DNA of 64,000 nucleotides, from contig OX597815.1 in assembly GCA_951406725.2 (NCBI GenBank), positions 173,104,001 to 173,168,000 on the forward strand. The letters run 5' to 3'. Below, one piece after another: positions 28,103 to 40,904 of this stretch (positions within the stretch are counted from its first letter, which is position 1; each line of letters begins with the position of its first letter). Position numbers and translations under genes: made by a program. Source of the stretch: Octopus vulgaris (taxonomy: Eukaryota). The notes beneath the pieces are model-generated. The model was not told the DNA's origin and did no database searches. It saw only the letters and a list, made by a program, of their open reading frames with translations.

Positions 28103-29647
28103 TTACGTGAAAGAGTTGGCGCAAGAATGCACATCTGTAATCATAAAGGAGGATGTCTCTGAACTTTGGTCGGCAACACGATTCTCTTCCTGAGTTTCAA
28201 TTCTGCTAGAACTTTTTTCTTTCGATTCTCTCCCTCTTCCAAAATGTAAACTTTGTAAACACCGTAAGTTGTTTTTTGCCTCACTGGAACTTATCTGTTG
28301 TCTTCTGTTTGTAACTTGTTCTCTCCAATTGACAGATTTTTCGCTGGAATCTCCGGTTGTTGAAAGATGCGGCCTTGTAGCGTTAGATTTTGGTAAACAC
28401 GAAGTATTTAGGGATGATATTGGTGATGAAGTGAGGAGATTAATATTCTTTTTCTGCGATAAGGCAGTAGAATTATTTGAGAGATGTTGAAATTCATTTC
28501 TGAAATTATTTACCCTTTTGTTGGAGGTGATCTTAGAATTTAATCGAGCCTCTTCCAAGAAGGGTGCTGCTACTGCTGATGTACTTTGCTCTCCAGCAAT
28601 GTTACTAAGAATAGATGCCATCTTCTTTCTCTGTGAAACAGATGTTGGCTGTCCGAATAACTGACTGATAGCACGAACATCTTTTCTGTTTATGCCACCC
28701 CACAGTAGTTTCTCTATGGCCGTAGCTCTCAGACTGTGGTTAGTGTAACGTTTGGACAGTCCTGCCTTGTGGCTTAGCGTAGGCATCATACCACCCAGAG
28801 GAGTTTTACCATACGGAATGCGATCGAACCAATACGGTTGACTAGAATCAACCAGTTTTTTAGGTTTTTGGAAAAGTCTATCAAAATCCTGATGCAGTTT
28901 AGAAATATACAACTCGTATGCCCTCACTGGACAGAGCACATCTCCTTTCAACGATGGTATCAGCCCTCCAGCTAATTCCTCATCATTTTCCCCGTTTCCA
29001 TCCAGAGGTTCAGATTCGTTTTGAACAATGCTCCGCTCTCCCTGAGCATCAGTCCGAATAACAAATGAAGTTATCTTCAATTCTGTCTGTCCATCTCTTC
29101 CCAGTCTGCACATGTAATATTGCAAAATAAACCAAACATACTCCAAAAGTTCCCGTGGAGTTGGATTCTGCATGTTTGCTTTAAAATATTCTTTTAAACG
29201 AGCCATGTCTTGCTCTTCGACAGGAGGGTAATGTCGTATCAGGCCTTTGCCCTCGGCTTTAATACGCTTCTCCATAAAAACAAAGGATTCGTTCGCTTCG
29301 ACGAAAGCATCTCCTTTAATAATATCCAGATTGAGAGTTTCCTCAAAGTGTCGTTTGAGTGCATAACGAAGAGAACGGAAAGCTGTGAGCTGATAAAGTT
29401 CACATTTTTTTGTTCGCGCACCAGCATATAATCGCTTCAATACCTGACATAATAATGACACATCTTGGGTCGCAGACTCCACATTATAACCAACTTCATT
29501 GCAAAAATCGGTGAAAACTCGCACCCCCCATTGCGTACTATCTTTCGTTTTCTGACAGTGTTTATCTTCAGTAGTTTGTTTACTTGAATTATCGACAACA
29601 GTCAGATTACTACTAGGTTGGACCACCTTATGCCACTCAGTCGCCAT
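28103..29647 (-). CDS. Crypton-derived DUF3504 (tyrosine-recombinase-like) protein of the KCTD1/QRICH1/ZMYM/KIAA1958 type; 514 aa standalone, or first exon 28107-29647 spliced to the BTB exons
   Basis: Intact ORF with TQWGVRVF, SLRYALKRHF, EANESF, GKG..HYPPV, YMCRLGRD, CPVRAYELYISKL, WFD..P.GK..LG.MM, AGLSKRYTNHSLRATA; stop codon lies inside the donor AC|gtaagc. Confidence 0.9.
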   Translation of the reverse strand: MATEWHKVVQPSSNLTVVDNSSKQTTEDKHCQKTKDSTQWGVRVFTDFCNEVGYNVESATQDVSLLCQVLKRLYAGARTKKCELYQLTAFRSLRYALKRHFEETLNLDIIKGDAFVEANESFVFMEKRIKAEGKGLIRHYPPVEEQDMARLKEYFKANMQNPTPRELLEYVWFILQYYMCRLGRDGQTELKITSFVIRTDAQGERSIVQNESEPLDGNGENDEELAGGLIPSLKGDVLCPVRAYELYISKLHQDFDRLFQKPKKLVDSSQPYWFDRIPYGKTPLGGMMPTLSHKAGLSKRYTNHSLRATAIEKLLWGGINRKDVRAISQLFGQPTSVSQRKKMASILSNIAGEQSTSAVAAPFLEEARLNSKITSNKRVNNFRNEFQHLSNNSTALSQKKNINLLTSSPISSLNTSCLPKSNATRPHLSTTGDSSEKSVNWREQVTNRRQQISSSEAKNNLRCLQSLHFGRGRESKEKSSSRIETQEENRVADQSSETSSFMITDVHSCANSFT

Positions 29648-30300
29648 CTTGTTGAGGCTTTGTCAGGTTGGCTTAACGACAGTTAATACATATTCAATAA
29701 AATAGATTTTTTCTCATAGTGCAGAAAATTTCCCATAGTACAGGTTCAGAGGTATCTTTTTTTTCTGTATATTTTTTTCCAGCGAAAGAATTACAAACAT
29801 ACACAAACGCTGATTCGTTTTCAAAATATAATCTACATAGATCTGTTACAGTTGAGGATAATTTGGATAGATAGATTTTCGACAGAAGTTACATAAATTG
29901 TTTAAGACTGGGTAGTAGTACGTGGTAGAAGTCGACCAGCCAATCTAATAATAGCTGATTATAAACCAGACCCGCTGCTGTCAGTTAGCTTGCTAGCTGG
30001 CTATCGGTCCTGCAAAACAAGCAATAATACAGCAATAGAAAGCAGTTCGCTCGACTTGTAACTGTTGTTCCTCTTAAAACAAAACAACTTAATGGAGGAT
30101 AACAAATCTGATAGTGTATGTGCGCATGTTGTATATGTGTGTATCTCTCTCTATATATAAACACACACATACACGTTGTGCATATGCCAATATATTAATT
30201 CTGGCAATATCTGCAGTCACCCTCTCTCTCTCTCTCTCTTTCTCTCTCAATCTATCTCTTCGGTAAACTACAGAAAAGCTGAATAGAAATAAATCATTAT
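29640..30300 (-). promoter_or_regulatory. Putative CpG-retaining promoter / 5' region of the DUF3504 exon
   Basis: Local CpG retention; YY1-like CAAGATGGCG spanning the ATG; two degenerate ZNF143-like motifs (ttctcatagtgca, ttcccatagtaca) at 29711-29742. Confidence 0.4.
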
Positions 30301-30516
30301 ACATGAAAGATTATCTCATTATTTAAAAGAAATTATCAATTATTTTTGTCTAGTTCTTTTCTTTATATATATAAGAAAGTAGTAGAAGGGTGGGAAAGGG
30401 TATCAAGTGAAACATTAAAAAAATAAACTTAAAATTATCTGATGTAATAAATATCAATTTCAGTAATTACAATGACTGTGATCTTAATGAAATAATAATA
30501 TATATATATATATTCG

Positions 30517-30884
30517 TTTGTTTCATTTGACTGCGGCCATGCTGGAGCACCGCCTTTAGTCGAACAAATCGACCCCAGGACTTATTCTTTGTAAACCTAG
30601 TACTTATCCTATCGGTACTTTTTTTTGCCGAACCGCTAAGTTATGTAAACACACCAACATCATCGGTTGTCAAGCGACGGTGAGGGGACAGAGACACACA
30701 CGTGTGTGTGTGTGTGTATATATGACGGGCTTCTTTCAGTTTCCGTCCACCAAATCCACTCACGAGGCTTTGGTCAGCCCGAGGCTATAGTAGGAGACAC
30801 TTGCCCAAGGTACCACCCAGTGGGACTGAACCCGTATCCATGTGGTTGCTAAGCAAACTACTTACCACACAGCCACGCCTGCGC
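30517..30884 (-). mobile_element. tRNA-derived SINE, full length, CpG-intact
   Basis: Head gcgcaggcgtggctgtgtggtaag...gggttcagtccc on minus; several copies in the window. Confidence 0.88.
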
Positions 30885-32155
30885 ATATATTATTATTATT
30901 ATTATTATTATTACTATTAAAAGAGAAAAAGTTAAAGACATTTAATATTTATTTTCACAAAGACATCAAACCTATTTCTTTTTAGGAAACTCTTTTCAAA
31001 ATTAAAAACATCTCTGCAAAGAGGATCCTATTCCTGAAATAAAGCCCTAATTCCATGAAATTTTCTGGAGATTTTCTTACAATCTTTTCATTATTAAAAC
31101 CACATGATCAATGAGGAGAATTACTGACGGTGGTATACACTGCTTCAAAAATGAACATTGAGGGGTGAGCATCAAGCTAGAGAAACAGCTCTCCCTTATT
31201 AGGTTCTTTGAGTTTTTTAAAAGGTAATTTTGAACTGTTAACCATTCTAGTGTGTCCATTAATCTTAAATGAGAGAGGCATAGATTAGATCCTGAATTAG
31301 TTTAACATGAGTGGAGAACAGTCAAATTTTTTGTTCTAAGAATGTAATTAAGCTAGCAAGCCAATCAGTTATTGTTTAGCCTCAGGTCATTGGGTGATAA
31401 GATATGTTTATGATCAAAGACATTTCAGTTGTAACTATTTGGTCACTTATTTAGAAGTACAGAATCTGGAGACAACATTATTCAATTAGTCTTTGAAAAA
31501 TTGGAAAAATTTGAGGGAGATTTGGCTGATATTTTTGCAAGTGAAAGATAATGTGGAGAAACTCACACTGCCACCTTCATTGATAAAGGTAAAATGAGAA
31601 ATTTAAATGGAACTGTGGGCTTTAAAGTCACTGCAAGCAACAACTTCAAAGATGAAATAAAAGAGCTGAGATGAGGTTTCTCTATCTTTCCTGATAATGT
31701 ATCATGCAAATAAAGAAAGAAGATACTCCAAACCTACATAAAAACTATGGAAACAGGTTTTGTACTGAATTGAATGCAGAAAATTCTTTGGAGAGTAAAC
31801 AAAATGAAAGAAAATCAGTGATTGAAAAAGACAACCATAACATATGTCAGCAGCATCCAATAAACATATATGAAGGCAATATCAACTGGATAGTTAGTTG
31901 CTACGAGATAATTAGATGGAGGAAGAGAAATACAGGCTAAAGGCATTGACAAACTAATGTGGTAGATAAGATAAGCACACCAACCAATGACATTAAGGTT
32001 ATAATTGCCAATTCTAAAAGACATTTGATAATGTTGATGATGGCATGCATATATTTGTGTATATGAATTTGATTATGTTGATGGCAGTGGTGGTGTTTAA
32101 TGCTGATTCATGAGTATTCATAATAGGCAAAGGTTTTGTTTCCATCTATTTTTAA

Positions 32156-32319
32156 CCCTTTAGCATTTAAGCTGGCCAGATCTAGCTTCTCACACCTACC
32201 CAACAATTTCATTCTAAAGATAAACAATCACATCATAAAAATCTCAAAGCTGTGATTAATTCAAAGCAATGTGAAAAAATAAGCATTACATTTGACAAAG
32301 TAATCCGAGTGCTAAGGGG
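32156..32319. mobile_element. piggyBac-like MITE
   Basis: TTAA|CCCTTTAGCA ... TGCTAAGGGG|TTAA; homologous copies at 41004 and 42303. Confidence 0.8.
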
Positions 32320-35300
32320 TTAAGCAATTTAATCTTCTTTTGGACACTATCTAGAAACTAAAGCAACTAGTTTATTGACTGTACATTACCGATGGGAGTG
32401 CTATACAATCAAATTCATCAGCAACTACTGAATTGGATATATGAAATTTGATCCTTGTACTCTTTAGTAAATATAGTCTCTAAGCTTCATCCATACAGTG
32501 CTCTAGTATTTAGCTTCTTAGACATCTTCTTTTGGTAAAAGTCCTTGACTAATGCACACTAGCCAGAGGTTAGACCAACATTTAGTTGTGTGTGTATGTA
32601 TGCTTCTCATTTCTATAGCCCTTGCTTCAAACTATGACATAATCTGTTGCTGTTTTGACCATAGATTTTTTCCCCAGATGTTTTATGTATATTTTTCTGC
32701 TGGAAATGGTATAGTATGTCTGACCCTAATATAGATCATTGATGTTCCTCTTCACAACTTCATGTACATTCAAGACTGTTAACACACAAAGGAACAACTG
32801 ATTCCAACATTAAAGTCAACTTAACAAAACAATATACTTTTTGTGAGCAATCATACAAAAAGTTGGTATAGTAACACCTCTTGTATTATTGGCTGTCATG
32901 AGTTCCTAAGAACTCATAAACAAGTTACGTGAGTTTTTACCAGTATGAATACAATGAGACATTGGGGATGATTTGCAAGTACAAGCATGACTGTATAGTT
33001 AAGAAGTTCATTTCACAGCCCCATGGTTCTTTGGTTTGAGCCTACTTTATGGTACCTTGGGAAAATATCTATTACCATAGCTTCAGTTTGACCAATATCT
33101 TTTGAGTAGAAAATGTAGCAGACAGAAACTCTGCAGAAGTCCACTCCGTGTGTGTGTTGGACTTTATATACAGCAATGAATGATAAATATTTATTGTATA
33201 CACACACATTCACATAATGCATATATATGTGTGCATGTTTATATTTTTGAACAAACACACACACACACATAAAGGATGTCAATACCAGTGTAAAGCCAAT
33301 GCTCTTCAAAAGAATCAACAAATTTACAGATTCTCATTTGTCATTCTTGCTATCAGACATACAGTAAAACCAATAATTAGCCCATTGGAATCCTCTAACC
33401 AATGAAGCTATGACTCACAAAGTGCAATATAAATTTTTAAAAAAACAAACTATTTATGCATCATACTTAATGTAAATATATTGTTGAAAGGCACTTTACC
33501 TGGTATCCATCCTGAAATAACATTTCTTATGGACATGCTGTGTTTATAATATATAATTGTCTCGGCAGTGGCTAGTGAGAATGCCAAATGCATTTCAGTC
33601 TCATTGGGTATTATCATTGGCATGTACTCACAGCATGCAGAACTCCTTATGATATTGCTCTTTATGGCAAAGCTGATACTAGAAGGGTGACTGATACCAA
33701 CAAAATCTGCTTATCCAAAATAACCTAAGTTCACAGGTAACCTAATACCAAAATAACCTAAGTGCACATAGCCACTTCAACAAGAGTGGCTATGTCAACA
33801 GATTACTAAACAATCAAGCAAGAAAGGAAATCAAAGTTCCAAGTTAGTTCCACAAAGTATGGATGTCCCACAATGTTACAAACAGCTCTTATGTACTACT
33901 TTAGTTAGTCTAGTTACTGTTTAATACATCCAACATCTACAGATAATTGCAGCTTGAGATACTTAAGGACTCAGGGAATATATGTGTTTCTGGGTTAATG
34001 CATGTATGTTGTCAATACTGTGCCTGCATGTTACTGTGTTTATTGTCAATTAAGTTTGTGCAAAATAATCCAATTTGAGGTTGGAAATATTAATTTATAA
34101 TAAAGATAACACAATAACATTAAAGATTTTTGCAACAAAGATAACATAACTGAAATTAATATCAAATATTAGAATAGCTGTCAAATATTTTGTAAAAAAT
34201 AATGAAATATTCTATTGATAGCACTTTTTAGTTAAATTTCTTTCATTCCTTTTAGCATTGAAGCAAGTGAATAATAAATATTTATTGTATACAAAAAATG
34301 TTGAATGTAATAACAAAATTAAATACTTGTTTAGAAACTTGAAATATTGAGTTGAAACCTAGACCTGCCCTCACCTCTCCCACACAAGAAAATATCAAAC
34401 TAAATGAAAACAATCATAATAAAGAAAAAGAGTATTTTAATAAATTTCTGGTTTTGTTGTTCTATATTAGTATTGTTGGATTGTAACAGTATGGTAGGTG
34501 TAGGTTTTAGATAAATATATGTGCAAATAAAGAAACACAGAACAGAAATAATTTTAAATGTTAAATTTTAACTACAGAATGAAATAATCTTCTGAAAATG
34601 AGTTGGAATATTTGAAGTAATTGGTAATGGAGGAAGAAGGGGCAAAGAACAGAAAGAAGAAAGCTTGTAAGTAGCTAGATTTGTCTTCTAATCTAATTAA
34701 CTGTACACTGGACTAGAGCTAAATATACAATATAATTAACTAGCAGTTGACTAAGCATATCTGGAGTTTTATAATAGCTTCTGTTTGGGAATTCAAAGAG
34801 ATGAAGAAAAAAATGCATATAAAATAATTAATGAATAACTAGCACCAAACCTCGAGTAGCTTTTAAAAGATCAATAGAAGCAATCAATATCAGAAGTGTT
34901 CTAAATTTATCAGATGAATTCATAACAAGCCAAGAAATGCATTATCTAAATTTTATATAATTATATTACATTTAGCTTAAATAACATATTCTATGGAACA
35001 TGTTTCAACAAGGTAAATATATTCATACATTAGAATATAAAGCAAAACTATACATAATTCTTCTATTTTAAATGCCTTTAAAATGTACAATCCATTTAAT
35101 TAGAGTTAACAACAATAAATAACATATATTTCACTTTTTCCACACTTTTTATTATTACTATTTTTTAATTTTTTTTTATACCTATTTTCAATCTTTTACC
35201 AGTTGTGCAATGCATTAAATTTGAACATTTTTCAAGGTTCTAATTGCAATTGTTTTGTGGCTACATCCTTTCTAACTAGATAAACATAAAGAGGATACAT

Positions 35301-37355
35301 TTGTAATCTCAACATTTCCAAATGCATTGCATGGCATGAAGATAATGTATGAAGCAGAACATTAAGGTAGTAAAAGCAAATATGGAAATTAGACATTAAT
35401 GATGAACCAATTAGTCAGGAATCCAATACTGAAATGAGCATTATGACAACTATAATTATAATGAGGACTAATCTGGATTGTTGCAGTTTACTCTTCCAAT
35501 TCAGTTATCTGTGGGATGTTGAAAAATCTCATCATTGACAATCAAAATGTGTTTATTTTTACATTATTTAAATACTATACATCACTTAATAATTTATTTC
35601 CTATTTTTGTTCTGTTTTGTAAACTGTAGCTATTACATTCTTAAATATTTTTTACAATTAATTCTACATCAGCTACACTATGTTAACAACATTTTTATCC
35701 AATTTACTACTCTTATTATTTTCATCACATTAATTTGAAACAATTATTCTCATCACATATACAAGCAACATGCCCTTTTCCCCATAGCATAACTCAAACT
35801 TCTAAAATATAACAAATGCTTTATCACTAAAATATTAGATTGATATTGAAATAGTTCTTGATGTGAATCGTTTTTTTTTTTTTACTTTGTTTCAATATTT
35901 TATATTGACTTAAAAAATATTCATTTCAGTTCCAAATAAGTGAAATAGTTTTGGGTAAACTCAGATATTCAGCAGATTTAATCATCACATATATAAACAA
36001 GCTGACCAACAAACCAACAAAGGAACCTCTATATGATCAATCAATGTAATCAAAAACAGTAGTCAAATCTCATCCTACTGCCTGAAAAAAAACGACAAAA
36101 AAAAAAAAAAAAAAGGCTGCACTGAAGAGACAAAAAAAAAAAGGGACTAGACATTCAAGGCTGGAATCCTTTTTGTCAAAATAGGTTTGCTTGATTAGAC
36201 CTGACAATGGAGTTAATCAGCAAGATGACTGTACTTGCAGAAATTTTTACTTAGTAAAATATATGAACAAAATATTTCAGTTTTATCATACATAATATTC
36301 TACAAACCTACAAATTATGGGTTCAAAACCTATCATAAGTATTTTAATCTTCTTTTAAGAGAGAAACATTGCTCAACTTTAATTCACTTTGTTTCACTGA
36401 AGGTATTTGAAGAATTAGTTACCATTCTGATTGTATAATCAAATGGTGAGTGTTTAACATCAAGAGGGCCATCTGTTAAGTATCTGAATCAAATAAATAT
36501 CTACAAGAATTAAGAGATAAGTGACATTTGTTTCTATTTCCAGGTGAAAATATAAATAAAAAACATACTTTTATTGATCACTATGAAGTGATTACAATAA
36601 TTTAAATGATTTTTTTTTAATGTACACTTGATACAATTGAAAGAAGATGCACAGAAATTAGCTAAACACAAACAACAAAGTAACAATTAGTCTTGTCCAG
36701 TGTATAAAAAATGTTAGTAGTGTAGCAGTAGACCATGAAAATGTGTGGTGATCTATATATGATTATTAAATAATTATTCAAGATGATAAATGAATTGTCC
36801 TTTGGTTGTTCAGCAATTTTATGAGAAATTTATTTATTGACATAAAATAAACCAATATAAAATTAGAAATTCATAAAAACAAACCTTATTTATAGTGTAT
36901 AAAATAATTTCCAGTTTAGAAACTCTTAAATGGCAGTTGTACAAGCTAGTCAGTAAGACAGCAAACTTCACAGTAGAAGCAGTGGTTTCAATTCTAGATT
37001 TCAATCCAGATTTCACTGATATGTTTTATGTCCATTAATAAGGTGATAACAATGTAAAATAGTTGATAAAGTCAATATGCAGTAGACTCCTTGCTTAAAA
37101 TGAGCCCCAGTCCAAGGAGATCTGTAATCATGAAAGTTTTCTGTATTAATGAATCCAGACTTGAAAAATATCCCCTATGTTATTCATCCACCACTTCAAA
37201 AAGTGTTTGAAGAGAGGCTCTTAGATGTCAACAGGATAGACATACAGTCAAACGACAAGTCTTTATTAGAATTTGATGAAAGTTTGAGTTGAGTATTTTT
37301 CCAAAGCCTTTCTTCTACTTTGAAAGAACATAAACTAAGAGCTAGAAGAGTTAAC

Positions 37356-37760
37356 TTACCCATATAAGGATCTTTTGTTCTGTCTTTGTATTTGGTTTTG
37401 AAGTTCCATATTTTGTTGGGCATCTACAGTCATGTGTGAAAGCCTAGACTGTATTCTTGGAATCTGAGCATTATTAGGCATGGTAGATTGGTTGTAAACA
37501 GTGGGTTGTGCTAGGATGCAATCATTTAATGAAGAAGTTTGACTAAAATAGTTTGTAATATCAGGTAGATTAAAGTGAGTGGTTAAATTCTCAGAGTTAA
37601 TGTGAGATTGCAAATCTGCAGGAATGATTAGCTGGCCAGAGTTGTCAATAACATCTGAGGGTAATTTATCAATTAAATTCGATGATATATCAGTTTTAGT
37701 CCCAAATAATGGAAGATTTCTTTCAGAGAGTGGTTCTTGTTTGATTACCTGACAATCAAC
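37356..37760 (-). CDS. Exon 2 of the THAP transcript: low-complexity Q/N/S-rich linker (VDCQVIKQEPLSERN...QNKRSLYG)
   Basis: tcctttccag|GTT acceptor, phase 0, matching the THAP donor; 134 open codons; IKQE SUMO consensus; stop lies inside donor GG|gtaagt, so the exon ends at 37360 if spliced. Confidence 0.75.
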   Translation of the reverse strand, partial: VDCQVIKQEPLSERNLPLFGTKTDISSNLIDKLPSDVIDNSGQLIIPADLQSHINSENLTTHFNLPDITNYFSQTSSLNDCILAQPTVYNQSTMPNNAQIPRIQSRLSHMTVDAQQNMELQNQIQRQNKRSLYG

Positions 37761-39193
37761 CTGGAAAGGAAAAGCTGTGTTAGCAATTGAACAGTAGAGG
37801 TCAAGTTTCTTGGAACATTAATAACATTTATTATATATTGAGGATGTGAAGAACATAGCAATCTTCATATATTATTATAAATAAACACTTAATTAAAAAC
37901 ACTAGTTAATGAAAGAATTACACTTTTGTATTTAACATTAAAAAAAGTTTTGTATATACTACTATTTAATAAAACACTCATTTTAGCAACAACAATTCTA
38001 TTATAAATTATATTATTATTCATAGCTACTTTCCGGCTAAATTGATGCAAGAGAAAAACACAAACACAATTTTTAATTAATACTTAAATTATTTCTTCAT
38101 ATTATATTTTTAAAATATTAAGATTCATTTAGAAACCTAATTCATGCAGAAAATTATTACAATATATCAAACTATATTAGATGAAAAATTAGATTCAGAA
38201 AATTGATAGGCTATTTCAATCAATGATTTTAGAAATTCTAATTCAGTATAATTAAAAATCATTAATAGTCAATAAAGTATAGTGTGAACTGTAAACAACA
38301 GAGTAATTAGTTTTAGATGCACACACACACATACACACAATTACTAAGGATACAAAAGGTATAAACAGTGCAATTTTGCATATATTGACACAAAGATTAA
38401 CACACAATATTTCTTTCTTTTTGGTTTAAAATAAATACAAAATACTTAATTAGTCTTTGATTGTATTAGAAATTTGGAAAGTAAACAATGCTGGTTTCTA
38501 GCTCAATAACCAAATATTGAAACAAGATAAAGAAAATATTACTGAAAATGATGTTATTTTTCCATCATTATAATCTCTCCCAACATTATGTTTGAGATGC
38601 TTTCAAATAAATTACAACTTTGTTAGACATTACAATAAACTAAGCAACGAGCTTTAAGTATTATAAAATGTTACCATACAAATTGCCTCAATAATTTTAC
38701 TTATGCAACTCATGGTAGCTTGGAAAAAACAGACATAAAATCATCATCATCATCGTTTAACGTCCGTTCTCCATGCTAGCATGGAACAAAATATAAGAAT
38801 TCATTATGTGTAAATACAGGAGCTTATATAGTCTTTTTATGATGGAATGAGCACAAACTGTTCACACTGACAAAACAGAATTTTACAAGTAGCAGGAAAA
38901 AAGTAAGGAAAACATAAAAGGGGTTTTGTAGATTAGTTTTAGAATGGAATCTAAATTTTTTATGGCAAAAAGCTTCAGAGAACTACTGATTAAAAATCTC
39001 AATATAACACCATATATTGAATGATTTTGGGAAAATATAAGGAATAGGAATTGATTTAGGGTATATAATTTTTTTTTTTTTTTTTTGAATAGAAGCTAAT
39101 TTTTCTGGCAGTATATTTGGCAATGTGGGTCTAGTTGTAGAAATAGCCATGAATGAAGTGCATTGATTGACTTAAGGTAATCAACAATTTCTG

Positions 39194-40355
39194 TTAGGTC
39201 GTCAAGTATGAAATTTGTAGAAAAAAAAAGTTTTCTTATCTTTTATAAATACAAGGAATAGTTTTACTCATCAAAATATATTGTCAATACACTTTTGCCA
39301 TTTCAGTGGTAGCTTGTCCAGCCCAGAACTGTAAAAGCCTGGGAATCTAGAGTCAATAAAATCTTGGAAGGCCTGTTTTATAGTACCATTGAAATTAATT
39401 TTTTTTCCTATCAAAAAGTTATCCACATTCTGGAAGAAGTGGTAGTCAGTGGGGGCAAGATCAGGTGAGTATGGTGGATGATGGAGAACTTCCAACTCCT
39501 GCTCCTGTAGTTTTACCAATGTCATTTTTGTCTTGCAATAAAATAGGAGTGGATCTATTGACTAATCTAGGCTGTTCTTTGGTAAGTTTCTGCATCAATT
39601 GGTCCAGTTGGCTGCAGTATACTTCGGCCATGATTGATGAGCCAGGTTTAAGAAATCATAATGGATCATATCTGCGCCAGACCACCAAACACACACCATC
39701 AGTTTCTTTTGATGAATTTAGCTTTTTGGACTGTGTTTTGGTGGCTCGTCTTTGTCCAACCATTGCGCTGAATGTTTACAGTTGTTGTACTGGATCCATT
39801 TCTCATCACATGTTACAATTCGATTAAAAAAATTATTCATTTTTGTGACAAGAAAGTAGCATTGCTGTTTCTGATTTTCATTGTGTTCATGTGGAACCCA
39901 CTTATCCAACTTTTTCACTTTACCAACTTGAACTAGGTGAATCAATATTATTTGCTTGCTAACACCAAACAACAACGATAATTCACAGGCACTTTCAGAT
40001 GGATCTGACTCGATGGTGGCTTTCAGTTTGTCATTATCCACCTTTGTTTCTGGTTGACCGTGTTGCTCATTTGTGAGGTCAAAGTTACCAGAACGAAATT
40101 TTGCAAACCAATTTGATACTGTCTGCTGTGTAATAACATTAGGATGAAATACTCCATGAATATTCTGAGCTGTTTGTGATGCATTTCCAAGAAAGAACTC
40201 ATATTTCAAAACTGTATGAATGAGTTAGAATAAAGAAATAGACGTGTCAGCTTTCTAACAAAGAATAAAGATTCAAAATATAATAATGGTGCAAAATGAG
40301 CAGCTGTCAAAGTTTACTATATACCTTACTACAAATTTCATACTTGACGACCTAA
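39194..40355 (-). mobile_element. Mariner transposon, family B, frameshifted
   Basis: Perfect 27-bp TIRs ttaggtcgtcaagtatgaaatttgtag (39194-39220 and 40329-40355); motifs WVPHE, IVTCDEKW, HPPYSPDLAPTDYHFF. Confidence 0.95.
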
Positions 40356-40904
40356 TACTTAGGTGATGTAGTCTATACTGGAGGTAAAAGTAGTGAAAAT
40401 TATAAGACAAAGTAAGAAGTATAAAAAAATATAGGTAGTTATTATTTCTATTGGTAACAAAGGGTTTTTCGCTCTATGTAAAAAACAGACTTTGTAAAGC
40501 GTAAGTGTGATGCTACATAACAGCGAAACTTGAGAACAGGATGAAGCAGAAATAGGTATGATTTGTTAGACATACAATTGCACAAAAAGCAGAGTCCATA
40601 TGGGCTGAAAGTGTACTAGCCAACATATATAGCAAAGACAATTGGTAAGGATAGCTGTTGTAAATAAATACTGAGTGCTGGGTATTAAAAATATATATCT
40701 ATGCACATAAGATAACAAAGCAAAAGAAAATGGAGATAGACAACTTGTAAATGAAGCTTCATTTACAAGTTTATGTACGGTTTCAGAATAATTTTCAATG
40801 GTTTATATTAATAAGATGCTACCATTTCTCAAACAAAATATTTTGATCTGGTAAAAAGCAAGCCTCTCAGTTCCCTCACTTTTTATTTTTTTCAATTTGA
40901 AGTA

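Noticed and set aside
28103-29647. Bacterial/phage integrase acquired by horizontal transfer, or an active Crypton
   Set aside because: Motifs match the animal DUF3504/CryptonA family, the catalytic Tyr region is missing, and no element ends were seen
30800-30884. tRNA genes at A/B-box motifs
   Set aside because: These are SINE heads continuing into SINE bodies; no complete cloverleaf
39271-40209. SETMAR-like host gene
   Set aside because: Frameshifted transposase between perfect TIRs, with no SET domain
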